In this document: one piece after another, positions 1 through 12,600 of the stretch
Layout of the letters: every line of letters starts with the position of its first letter
How positions within the stretch are numbered: the first letter of the stretch is position 1
Source of the DNA: Ascidiella aspersa
Lineage: Eukaryota
Assembly (NCBI GenBank): GCA_963924565.1
Contig: OZ004615.1
Coordinates: 3,100,001 to 3,164,000 of the forward strand
Length of the DNA stretch: 64,000 nucleotides
Direction: 5' to 3'
Translations under genes and position numbers: made by a program
The notes under the pieces: model-generated
Database searches by the model: none
Seen by the model: only the letters and a program-made list of their open reading frames with translations
Told to the model about the DNA's origin: nothing

Positions 1-843
1 TTACTGTTCACCCATCACTTCACTTTTCGCTTACGTCATTCTGACTTACGAGGTCCTTGTTTTGCGAGCGCCTTACAAAGCTGCAAAACTTGTTTTCGCG
101 TCTGCAAAAAGTGCATGTCGCAATCGAAAGCATTTGGTTCGCGGGGATGCGCGATTTCGGTTGACTCTTTTAAGTCAATCACGTGATACAATTTAGGGCG
201 TCATGTGACATTTAGGCTACTGTCAAATTCAGCACAGCCGTTTCACATCTACCTTTGATTTTATAACTGATGACCTACGGTGATAAAAAGGCCGTGTTGT
301 GGTTCTAGTCTAGTTCATCAATGATGAGGTCAAATTACTAATCTAGATTAATTGTATAGAAGTCATTTTCCCCGGAATGAAGTCACTATTTGCTTTTACC
401 CTTTTATAAGTAAAAAGACCAACTTCATTAAAGTTTTTCTTTGGCCACTGTTTGAATTAGATTTATATTTGGGTCTCTTTGTTACATTTTGTGCAACATC
501 GTGGCTATTCGCTCCATACCTACTATACATTTTTGTCAAATAAACAAGTTGGTTAAAATACTTGTAAATGTCCCGTTGATCTCGAAACAAATTAATCTAT
601 TTTTTTTTTTAATTTTTTTGAATTTATAAGAATTGTTGTCTGACTTTAAACAATTTAACTGAAACTGAAAAAAAATTACGAATGCTTTAGGAACCTCGTT
701 ACTTGGTTCTAGATACCTACAGTTTGTAACCTACTATTTTTGGAAAAAAATTCTTTTCAAGGTTAAATCGCTCGGTTGAATCATCAATCAAGGAATAAGT
801 TCCTGTGTTAATTTGATATTGGATCGGCACCGATACCACCCTG

Positions 844-2124
844 GTATCGGTCGAGTGCCGATACCAGCCTAGTATCGGACAAGTACCGATACCACCCTAG
901 TATCGGACGAGTACCGATACCACCCTAGTATCGCACGGTTTTCGATACCACCCTAATATCGGACGAGTACCGATACCACCCTAGTATCGGACGAGTACCG
1001 ATACCACCCTAGTATCGCACGGTTTTCGATACCACCCTAATATCGGACGAGTACCGATACCACCCTAGTATCGGACGAGTACCGATACCACCCTAGTATC
1101 ATACGAGTACCGATACCACCCTAGTATCGGACGAGTACCGATACCACCCTAGTATCGGACGAGTACCGATACCACCCTAGTATCGGACGAGTACCGATAC
1201 CACCCTAGTATCGGACGAGTACCGATACCACCCTAGTATCGGACGAGTACCGATACCACCCTAGTATCGCACGGTTTTCGATACCACCCTAATATCGGAC
1301 GAGTACCGATACCACCCTAGTATCGCACGGTTTTCGATACCACCCTAATATCGGACGAGTACCGATACCACCCTAGTATCGGACGAGTACCGATACCACC
1401 CTAGTATCATACGAGTACCGATACCACCCTAGTATCGGACGAGTACCGATACCACCCTAGTATCGGACGAGTACCGATACCACCCTAGTATCGGACGAGT
1501 ACCGATACCACCCTAGTATCGGACGAGTACCGATACCACCCTAGTATCGGACGAGTACCGAAACCACCCTAGTATCGGACGAATACCGATACCACCCTAG
1601 TATCGGACGAGTGCCGATACCACCTTAGTATCGGACGAGTACCGATACCACCCTAGTATCGGACGAGTACCGATACCACCCGAGTATCGGACGAGTACCG
1701 ATACCACCCTAGTATCGGAGGAGTACCGATACCACCCTAGTATCGGACGAGTGCCGATACCACCCTAGTATCGGACGAGTACCGATACCAGCCTAGTATC
1801 GGACGAGTACCGATACCACCCTAGTATCGGACGAGTACCGATACCACCCTAGTATCGGACGAGTACCGAAACCACCCTAGTATCGGACGAATACCGATAC
1901 CACCCTAGTATCGGACGAGTGCCGATACCACCTTAGTATCGGACGAGTACCGATACCACCCTAGTATCGGACGAGTACCGATACCACCCGAGTATCGGAC
2001 GAGTACCGATACCACCCTAGTATCGGAGGAGTACCGATACCACCCTAGTATCGGACGAGTGCCGATACCACCCTAGTATCGGACGAGTACCGATACCAGC
2101 CTAGTATCGGACGAGTACCAATAC
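844..2124. repeat. 28-bp minisatellite array, 46 units, consensus GTATCGGACGAGTACCGATACCACCCTA
   Basis: Unit starts run from 844 to 2104, an exact multiple of 28 bp. Each unit holds a 7-bp inverted repeat, GTATCGG-N7-CCGATAC. Confidence 0.98.
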
Positions 2125-3996
2125 TCTACCGATTGGCATCGGATATTATGGGATATTTTCTGTAGTTTTAACAATCATGTTTTAAAGGTCCTCAATGATG
2201 TAAGGACAATTAATTATTATCGAACAACAAATGTTTGGGCGACAATTCGTTACCAGTTGAACTTTGCAATGTTTTTCTTGCGGCGCCAAATCGCATGTAA
2301 CGACCTTATCGGCGCAAATTTGCAAAACAACCGCACTCAACCCGCAAATGCGTCGACGTCATTATTTCGCGCATTCGTCTCTTTAAAGATGTTTGTTCAT
2401 GTCATGCAAACACTGAAAGCGCCACTCTGCCGAAGCGATAAGTGTTTGCAGACTTTAAAGCGTGCATGAAATTATCCTAATAAATCACGCTAACGTAAAG
2501 TATGGAGAAATGAAGCGGCGCAGAAGTCCAGGAAGATTCATGCAGCATTTGTGAAAATTTTGAATGTTTCAATAAAGGTACTAAATCCATTAGATTCGAT
2601 AAAATCGATAGAATATATTAGCTTTAGTATTTTGTTGAAATTACTAAAAAAACGTATATTGTGTTCCAAAATTTTAAATATTTCATAAGATATAATTGCT
2701 GTAGGTTGTAGTTAGACCTAAAATGGTATCAAATCCCACACAAAAATAGGTATTTTTTAAAAATATATTTAGACGCAGAATGAATGTCAAAGCCCAAACA
2801 AGGGCAGTTGTATTTGTAAACATTGGAAAATAATCTTTTTGCACTTTTCGGAATTACGCAAAAAGTTAAAAATATTCTACACACTTCTATATGGGCTTAT
2901 GATTTTCATTCTACGCACATCTACAAACTCCAAAACCTCTGTATGTTTGCCGCTGCGGTCTGTCAAATAGGCGAACGCTCGTTAAACTATTGCGAAGTCC
3001 AATCGTAAAGTAGATTGGCAAACACGTTGCAGCCTTATCGAGGAAAAACTCGACCTTAAACAAACAACACTTAATTTGCGCTACGATTACATTTGCATTT
3101 TAAACTGGGAGTCAACTTCGTGGTTAAAATACGCTATTTACAAGATAGCAATGAGAAAACGTATACCGCAAGATCACGTAGCAATGTGTGTAAGTGTATA
3201 TTTGTGGAAAGTCTGCTGGGGCCAACATGTTACTAATTTATTTTTATATTGAGTTGAACTAATGTACCGCCTTGTGTGTCATACGTGTTATTTCAAAGGT
3301 TGTTTCTTGTGTGCATTCTGAACAACTAACATGCGGCTAACCTTTACGTTGTTGTAGCATATCTAACTGATTTATATTAATACAAGCTGCTTGAGAGTAT
3401 ACTCTTGGTGTATATTCCATGTGTTATTTTTCGAATTCTGTTTCTAAACGTTACAACACAACAAAGTAAACATAAGACGAACTAATAACTATTGTTTTTC
3501 CTTTGGGTAATCACATCCAAAGATTTTTTGTAACTCGGAATTTGGCATTTGAAATTTTGAAACTTGGTATTCAGTACTTAAGAAGCGATGGAAATAATTT
3601 ACTAGTTCTTCAGTGCTCGACGTTCAGGCTTTCAAATACGTCACGAATATTTCATTTGTCGTAATGCGCCACGTCAGTTGTTGTCAGATCAAAAATTAAA
3701 AGTCAAATAAATTCTGCACTGAGTGTCTGCCCGAAAAAGTTACTGCAATTGACACAACAATGGTCAACGCCATTTCAAAGAGAGGCAATCGAGAGAATGA
3801 TTGCTGACAAAAGTGATTTTGAAAATGCTGACTTGTATTTATAATCACGTCAGCCTTAAACTAACTGCCGTCGTTAAGGTTGCTTCGTTTTGCCTTGGAA
3901 GTCAAAAACTCCAATAATTCCTTCTCAAGTCAACCAAAATCTAGGTATTATCAACACAACTCTCTTACAATGCTCATAATATACTACAGGCCCAAC

Positions 3997-4342
3997 TAGG
4001 GCATGGACGATACTTGGATTGCCATAGCTGATATTTTGGACGAACATTTCGCCTTATGATCTCATAGCAAACAACGTCATTACTATGGTCATGTGAGCGA
4101 AATTCCCAAATTGTACAAATCATTGGTAACTCTATTTATCTTCAATTTTTAATGGATTATTTACTTAGAAACCTACACCTCACAAACTAGAAAACTATTT
4201 GTTTGATCACAAAACAAGTCTGTAGCCTATTGCACAAATTAATTTGGTATTGCATGGGCACCGATACCATCCCAATATCGGACAAGTTCCAATACTATCG
4301 CTTGGCGTCGGGTATCGGCTACGATATTATCGGACATCCATA
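3997..4342. mobile_element. Non-autonomous hAT-like MITE (TATCGG/CCGATA family), single-unit copy
   Basis: Imperfect TIRs TAGGGCATGGACGATAC...TATCGGACATCCATA and a perfect 8-bp TSD GGCCCAAC (3989-3996, 4343-4350). Its 3' part matches the flanks and unit of the 28-bp array. Confidence 0.8.
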
Positions 4343-4842
4343 GGCCCAACTACTGCGAGTAAAATTAAGTAGAGTAAATGTCTTTACAGCAATAGCTTGA
4401 CATCTGACGACAAAGAGAAAACTAGCAAATCGTGTGTTTCCAATTTAACGACATTCAGTAGAGTTGTATTAACTTGTTTACTTCGTCAAGCGCATTTTGT
4501 TCTTTAAAAGTGTTTCATCCTTAGTGATATCATCTGTACCAAGCCACTGTTAACTTGTAGAACCCAACAGATTCTACATTTATCGAACAATATTTATTCG
4601 TGAATATTTAACGAAATCGTTGATTAACTGTCACCGTATTAAGTTAATGGAAGTTTAAAGCGTTTTTTCTCTTTTACAGAATATTCTGTTAAGAAGGCGA
4701 CCATTTACTATATTTACCGCACATTTAACACCATGCGCGTGCTTTCCTGCACTTCACTTGACTATTTCTGGAAAATCAGCAAATCGGCTTACTACCGCCA
4801 CCTCGTGAAAATACACTTATGGCCGCATAGCGCCTCTTGTGG

Positions 4843-6361
4843 TTACCTTACTGCACAGGTCATTTCCAGACTTCGGTTTTCTGCTGTGTGTTGCGAATTT
4901 TCATCTGAAAATAAGTTGTTGTTAGTTGTTGTTCTTGCAGATTTAACGAATAACAGAGGAATTCTAGCTAACCTGGCTCCTCGTCTTTTGCTGTTGATTG
5001 TAGACCAGAATTTCTTGGCAATCTAATAAAACATCACACGTCTTAGTCGAAATTAAATCGGGGCCAAAATATCGTTGCAATGTGACAAATTTTAATAAAG
5101 TCAATAATAAACAGTTTATTTGCGATTGAATTAGGCAGAATCGGTAAAAGTATAGTTGTTTATACCGAAAGAAATTCCACGTTTTTGTTTAAAAAATGTG
5201 ATTTACAATTTTTTGTGTTTAGCTCTAATGCCTGGTGCATCTTGGGCACCACCATGTGGTTGTTTTTGTGCATATCCTTCGCTCGGTTTTCGTGCAAAGC
5301 ATAATTAAACAGGTTACCTCGACAAAGTAGAATTCGATCTTTCTTTTCTGCTTGCGTTTGCTGTTAGGGTAGTTCCACCTAAATGAAAATACAGTTAATT
5401 TAACACTTACACTGCAAACCAGCCTTCCTAATATAAAAAGAAAAAATAACAAATTTAAGTCGAGTTACCTCTGACATTGTTGGAATTAGATGAAGCGCCA
5501 TCATTTTGCGAGGACCTAAAGCTCTTCAAAAAAAAATATAGTGTTTACTTAGTAATGTCGTATATGGGTCGAGTTTTCCTAGTATAAGGTGCTATCGAAA
5601 ATAGATTTCTCAAATACGCTTTAATGAATAAGACTATGGAAGTGTTGGGACTTAAGTCACGGTTATCAAGTGACTTGACTTGACTCAAGAATTTTAAACG
5701 AATGATTTGGGTGGAAATAAAGTGTTTTCAATAGGATTTTTTTAAAATCGGATTATTTATCTGAAGTTTTGCACGTAAAACAATTTGCTTGCTATATGCT
5801 GCGTTTTGTGTTATTTTTACGTTAACTCATTGCTTATAATCGGACGAGTTTACCAGTTTTAATACTTTAACGTTTATATTTTTAGGACAACGTGACTTGG
5901 AAATGACTTGGTCTAATTATGACTGGAACTTTACTATTAATTCAAAAATACTTTACTCGGTCTTAAGTTATTTTAGAAATGACTTGACCGGGACTTAAGT
6001 TATTTTACAAATGACTTGACTAGGACGTAAGTCTGTTCAAAATGACTTATTTACAACGCTGGGCTACGGTGTCGGGTATGCAACGCTAAAAGGAAATATA
6101 TTTTGTTTGCTAAACCTAATAAGGTAAAGTGTGTTACCTCATGGGCAGCAGTAACTTGTTCACCCTCTCTGGAAAGCAAAGCTGGAAACCCGGTGTTCAG
6201 TGAAGATCTGCAAATAAACGGTTAAAACAAAATATGTAAAATTACTCACGTTTACTGAATTTATATCAAACTGGTATGACATTGAAAATAAAAGGAACAG
6301 AATTTCTTACTAACCTTTCGTTTGGAACTTCTCCGCCGTTTGAATATTCCGGTATTGTCAT
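4843..6361 (-). CDS. Putative orphan low-complexity small protein (88 aa), spliced
   Basis: Exons 6315-6361, 5469-5515, 5318-5378, 4973-5022 and 4843-4904 have GT-AG boundaries and compatible phases. Product: MTIPEYSNGGEVPNERSSQNDGASSNSNNVRGGTTLTANASRKERSNSTLSRLPRNSGLQSTAKDEEPDENSQHTAENRSLEMTCAVR*. No recognisable homology. Confidence 0.42.
5640..6061. mobile_element. hAT-like MITE with subterminal TGACTT/AAGTCA repeats
   Basis: Ends AGTGTTG...CAACGCTG, 6/8 TSD (GACTATGG/GGCTACGG). Related TGACTT-rich fragments lie at about 12985, 15780, 37745-38130, 41780, 55430, 56915 and 59750. Confidence 0.65.
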
Positions 6362-9300
6362 TTTTCATTTCACCTTTCGTACAGCTTTATTTTGTACAAT
6401 TTAAGGCTGCATTTTTTCCATCCAGGTTGTAAATTGCCAGCAATATGTTGCCTAACTCTGAAACGCTGTACATAGACAACAGCTTAACGGACAATAATCT
6501 TGCACACGTCAAATTTTCTAAAATTTTTCTAAATTTGGCTGATTTGCCACACCTAAAGTACACTAGTGCATGTTCAAACATTCAATATTTGGGTTAATAA
6601 GTATTAAAAAAAAATCGCACCTGCGAAAACGAATGAAAGTTAGAAACTTTGTATAGTTTGTGTTGAAAGAAAGATTGTTTTTTTCCAGCAAAATCATTAA
6701 TGCCATGCTATATGCGACGCCTAGCTCTTCAACGCTGTTAAAACCACGCAAAGTCTCATATTGTTCAGCTGTCTTATCATAACAATAAAAAGAGGAGTAC
6801 ATACATAAATATAATCAATTGCAAAATGTGAAAAAAACAATACTTCGCAATCACAATTAAAAAGCAGTAAGAACCAAACTTTAAATTGCACATTCAGCCA
6901 AACGACTAATGTCCATAATACCAAAAATCTACCAAAGCCATGTCCTTTGCTTTGTAACTGCGACTGTGTCCGGCTGAAGAGCCCTCGAAATTCATTTTTC
7001 GTCACGATGTACCGGCACCAGCTATAGCTAATGCGAGCCTCGATTTTGAGAGAACGATTGTCAACAAGCCCCTTAAACCTGCCCATGCCACAAGAAAGGC
7101 CGTGGCCACTTTAAAATCGGCCCATGATTTTGTACCTCACTTTAGTGATATCCCATACTGGAGGGGGGATATTTGCCGAGCATTTTGAGTAAAATCAATC
7201 GTATTTTTCTAACTTATTGTGTAAAAATTAAGACATGAGAAATGTGCGGATTACCTATCAAATTGTTCGTTTGACAAAAATTCGTCATAAGTGATATATT
7301 CAGGTAATCTTCATCAGGGCACTGAACCAGCAACTTAGCGAAAAAAAAAATATAAAAGCAGCCAAACAATAAAACACGGAGACAATTTTTTTTCCGTCAA
7401 AAAGTTGGCATATGTAACAAATCCTGGTAGGACGGACGAACAATTTTATATTTGATATAATTTCTGTTAGCAACAGTAAATACAAAAAAGATATGGAAAT
7501 GGTAAATTTATACACATGCTAAAGCGCAATAAACTTTTTGTTAAATAATGTCTCGTTTTGCATTGCATGGAGAACAGCGATTCAAAGCATCCAACTGTTT
7601 TACCAGGGGTAAAAAATCAAAACCCTTCCTTTAAATCGTACGTGTTGGCCAGTACAACTGAGCTATCCTGTAATGACACTTGACTGGGGGAAATCTACTT
7701 ATGATTGCGGCTAGTTCCAGCCCTCCAATGCTATTCGACAGGCACTCCAAAAGTGGGGAAATAGAATTATCCTGGTGCCAGATTGAATTTGCACTTCATA
7801 TTATATCGGAGCCTGTTTACCAGCAAAAATGCAATAGCTGTGCCTTCCAAACGTGCGTGATTTCTTATAAAAAGGTGCCGTCATTGTCGATCAATGTTCC
7901 GCTGACGCATTTGTAAAAAGTAAAACTCAAAGTTTACGTATTAAGTTAGGTCTAGTCCTGCTTTTTACCCAAGATTTTAAATCTTAAGCTTCACTTTTTG
8001 ACTCTTATAAGATTTTACAATACGTAAACTGCAGTCGCTGATCCACGATTTTTGTTCGGGCAGGGCAGTGAACTTTTTTAGACGCGACGTCACAAAGTTA
8101 CAACTAAACGTGGCGTTATAAATTAGTAACCTTAAGAAGGCCGCGCATTTCTTTTTAACTTGGTAAACTTTCAGGTTAGAGAGATGATACTTTCAATTTA
8201 AATGTTATCGATTCGCGCAAAGCCTCTAAATCGTTTAAATCGATAAAACATTCATTTTGGAGGGTGCGACTATTAACATATTGTGCTTTCACATACTGAA
8301 CACATAATAGCAATTCGCGGTTAGTGCAAATACATTTTTGCATTTACGTATAGTTAAAATGGACAGAAAATCCCGTTTTGGGGGAGGGGGTCATGGCCAC
8401 GTGCAATTTTCATGCAAGTCTAACTCGTGTAAAGACTACGGCTCGTACAATCTCTATAGAGCAGTGGTTCTTTACCTTTTTAGTGCTTTATCAATAAAGC
8501 ACCTAATAGATATGAACTGTGAGTTTTCAAATAAAGCTAAAAATTACCAAGTCAAGTTCCTCTCGGCATGGAATTTTTTTGACATGCTGGTTAAACTTGA
8601 CAGCCGCTTAATTAAAATTTTTCAGAATAACACTCGTTCTTCTAAAGCTTACACTAAACACCTGCTTGTTGAGCGCATTCGTCGCATATTAAATGTCAGG
8701 AATGCTTTCTCCACTGGTTTGGAACGTCGTGTAAGAAAACACGCCAGTCTGAGTGTCTCTCCGTAATGATTTGCAAAATTTTATTGCGGGAGAGAAGTTT
8801 CGCACTCACGTAAGCAAAACGAAAAGGAATCTTGCTAGGCCAAAATATTAGTAAAATTCCAAAGGATGCACATTGTAAATAGGTTGAATTACGCGCTTGG
8901 CTGACATTTAGTGATTATGTGCTAACTTTTTAGAAAATGCAAATTGCATTCTTTTCCGGTAGGTGTTAAAGATCTACTTAGGTTTACATGTTAATGGGCT
9001 ATGTATGGCCCACAAAATGCATTATGTGTACTCTTACTTGAACTTTCAAGAGTATTTACGATAAGACAGAAATGATGAGCAGTGTAAAAACTTTGGTATC
9101 CAATTTCTATGTTTAAATGTGTGTTCGTAAATAAGGTTAGTTTTCACGTTTTTTTTTTAATAATTTTCTGCCTATACAATGACCTTTTAAAACAATGTTT
9201 CTTAACCTATGGGCCGCGACCCCAAAATGCATCCCTGCTAAATTCGGCTGGTTTGCCGATTGCAGTTGTTCACATAATTAGATCTATAAAGATTTGTTCT

Positions 9301-9383
9301 GATCATTGCGAAAGTAATACGACTTATATTTTATTTAATTACATTTCAATATTTAATTACATTTTTTACTAATGCTATTATCT

Positions 9384-9638
9384 TATCAAGTTTGTAGAGC
9401 TCTTCTGGCAAATGTAATTTTTTATTCCGACTTTTCGACGTCTTATACAGGTCGTCTTCATCAGGGTAAATGCTTGCGTTCCATTATTTTTCCTTTTTTT
9501 TTTTCTTTTTTCCTTTGTTTATCGTGCACTGTACTAGTCGCATTCAGTGTGATTTACCCTGATGAAGACGACCTGTATAGGACGTCGAAACGTCGGGATA
9601 AAAATTACATTTGCCAGAAGAGCTCTACAAACTTGATA
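9384..9638. mobile_element. Palindromic element, inverted pair of Penelope-like terminal repeats
   Basis: About 88-bp inverted arms (9384-9471, 9552-9638) with few mismatches. Each arm carries a hammerhead core. A flanking direct repeat GCTATTAT lies at 9374-9381 and 9662-9669. Confidence 0.65.
9553..9602 (+). ncRNA. Minimal type I hammerhead ribozyme motif
   Basis: TTTACC-CTGATGA-A-GACG(ACCTGTATAGGA)CGTC-GAAAC-GTC-GGGATAAA: both core boxes, stem II GACG/CGTC, palindromic ACGT stem III, a GUC cleavage triplet and a short stem I. Confidence 0.7.
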
Positions 9639-12600
9639 TTATGCCTGGCAGCAATAGCTTAGCTATTATTTTATGTTTTGTTAAATTTAAGCTTATAAAT
9701 AGTTCACCTAGGAGATTTGAGCTGCTTGAGTTTCGCTGGTCGATTCATGCCTTATGTTTGCGCCGGTGCAAAATGGCAAAATGAGATCTGTTTGTTACCA
9801 AGAAACAAATGATCCATACCTACTTTGAAAAACACGGTTACGTTGCCAGGGTTAAACTTTTTAAACGACTGTCTTTATGATTGGGAAACTCTGGTTACTA
9901 AACTTCTTGAAAATTGTTTTTGCGGGGGTGTGAAGGATTTCGCCTAAAAACTTGGATAAAAAAACGAAAAAATGTCCCAGGATTTAAAGGGCTTGTGAAC
10001 GCCTATATACTAGCTTGGCTTCGCTAAGCCGTTTTCACTCTCTCGCGCCCTTGTGGCTAAACACCCTTTCAAGCGTAAACTCTGCTTGCTTACACCCGAG
10101 CAATGGGGTAAAGGTTCCTGTGGTGGTTTAGCGACGTATTGTAGGCCAAAGACTGGACTACCGGTAATGGATTTCCTTAATCCTGTGGTCTTTATATGTC
10201 CCCACGCTTAGATTTTCGCACTTAAAGGGTTCAAATGCGTTTGCTGTACATTGGTAAAAAAAGCCGGAGTTTTCTGTCGAAATTATTCCATCGCTTATGA
10301 TGAAAATATGATGAACTATGGTGATTGATAAAGAACTTGACCCCAACATTTTTTTAATGTATATTTCTGTCTTTCTAGCTTTTTACCAAATAAGGTTTTC
10401 TAGCCTCTTACAAGGTAGGCTAATTTCTTATTAGGTCTCCGAAACCTGTTTCAACAAATATAACCGCAAAAAACGCTTGTTTTTCCAGTCTGTAGTTTTC
10501 TATAAACAAACCTTGACCAGCCTAACGGAATTAGGCAAAATGGTTAACTGAAACAAAAACGAGCACGTCTAATCTACACTCTTAAATCTCCAAAACAAAT
10601 TTTACCGACGAAAAAACCAAGGACTAGCGAAAAAATCGAGTAACACTGACTCTCCAATTTTTATAGAAACGGTTGAAAATTGCTGATTCGCCTGACTTAT
10701 GTGACTATTATTTCCTTAACAGATTCAAAGATATTGCCTGAACACAAACGGCTTCTAACGGTTAGCCCGAATTCTAGCTTCAAATTTCCGGTTAAACTCC
10801 CCTAAAAGGAAAAATCAAGTTCACGGAATCTGGTGGACTCGATAAATTCAATATTTAAATTGAACTTGAAAAAGGAAGTTTTAAACTCAGCCGACACAAT
10901 ATAAATTAGTAGAATAGAATCGCGAAACCTCACTCTGCAAACTGGTGCAACCCTAACTGCAGGTAACCGGTTTATTTACAAATGCACCAACCCTTGTGGT
11001 TTGCTGAAAAAATGCCCAAAAAATGCTGACGCTATGAAAGGATTTTCCCGGCGACAGGCGGCGCAAAAAACATGGGCAAGTCGCAAAAACTGCCAACAGC
11101 GTCGGGTTTTTGCGCTTGAGCGCCTCTCCAGGGAAAGGGGAAGCCAAAGCCGAAGCCTAAATTGAATTGCCGAGAATAAATGGGAAGGGAATGGATCTTG
11201 TTGACGCCGGTCATCGATCACTGACCATGCGAGAAAATTACCGGCGACCTGTTGACCTGTTGTTATTGTAGTTGTTGCTGACGGCTATTTTAACCCTGGA
11301 AATTCGTGTTTTTGGCAGCTTTTGTTTTTGTTGAATCTTAAACATGCCTTAAAATCCATGTTACTGTCGTGAAATACCAAGCATCAGAATTTTTAGCCTA
11401 TTAAGTAACGAGGTTATAATCGCTTCACTGTATATCAGGGGCTGTCAAACCGGGGTCCATGGGTCCCTTGGGGGTATGTGAACTAGTTTTAGGGGGGTCC
11501 ATGAAAGCCTTATTAAAATGTTGGTGGACTATTAAAATGTTGGTGAAAAAAATAAAAAAAAACGTTTAAGAAGATCTGAATGTATTTAGACTCCATTTCA
11601 GTTTGGACCGAAAACTGCAGGTTTCCCAGATATACTTGTTTATATCGTCCATTTATGACGTCAACTCTAAAAATTTTAAGTCGGCCTTTGATCCACGCTA
11701 AACATTATTTTAAGTGTTTTCGTATACATTGAAATTAAATGAACGGTACTTCGAAACGTTTAAAATATAATGTCTACTTTTTTATGGCTTTTATATTCCT
11801 TTTAGGACTTTATTGAAAACTTGTTTCAATTTTAACAAGGGCATATACTTTAAAAGATCGTTCCTAGCAAAAAATCATGCCTACACAAGTATATTGAATA
11901 TCAGCGTAGAAAATTTGCAAATATTTCGTACAATATAAAAAATCAATCTTTCAGTGTTTTTTGTTGTTGTAGTGTTGTTTATTTTACCTTTAGCATAAAG
12001 TCGTTTTTAAATATGCTTCAAAAAAGGTTTCAAACAATAAATAATATACGAGTCAAATTGCATCGTAGTTTTATTTTAAACACGAAAAATGCAACTCCAC
12101 GAAACAATACAAGCTGTTAGCTCTTTAGCGCTTTTACCGGCAAGATTTTCACAAATTTTTTCTCACTTGTGCTTTACGTTCTGTATCCCTTTGTAAAAAG
12201 AAAAAAAAGCCTTTATATCAAACACTAAACAATATATTGAAAGCAAGTAAGCCAAAGCGTGTAGGTACATGACTTGAACAACGAGTTTCGCATTGCGTCA
12301 CAATAACCTTCTATGACGTCATACACATCGACCACCGATCGAAAGCAATGAATAGACAAAGGAATGTTTTGTATGCAGCGATAAGAAATGTGATACTTTC
12401 AAGGTACAGCCCCACTTACTGGACACAAATAACACAAAAACGATGTATTAATTATTTTAACAAAAATATAATTCTACGCGATATTTTGCGAAAAAAAATG
12501 TGGTTTAAAAACTTGTAAATGGAAAAAAGTTTTAAAAGGTGTCGATTTCATTGATTAGAAATGAGTATTTTTATTAGTAACTTATTGTATGTTTAATAAG

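Noticed and set aside
844-2124. CRISPR-like array of palindromic repeats
   Set aside because: No unique spacers, no cas genes and a eukaryotic context. It is a head-to-tail minisatellite.
7280-7325. Minus-strand CCCTGATGAAGA resembling the hammerhead element
   Set aside because: No stem II closure or GAAAC box follows; at most a decayed fragment.
10953-11221. Three overlapping minus-strand ORFs
   Set aside because: No recognisable protein; more likely a CpG-rich promoter or UTR patch.
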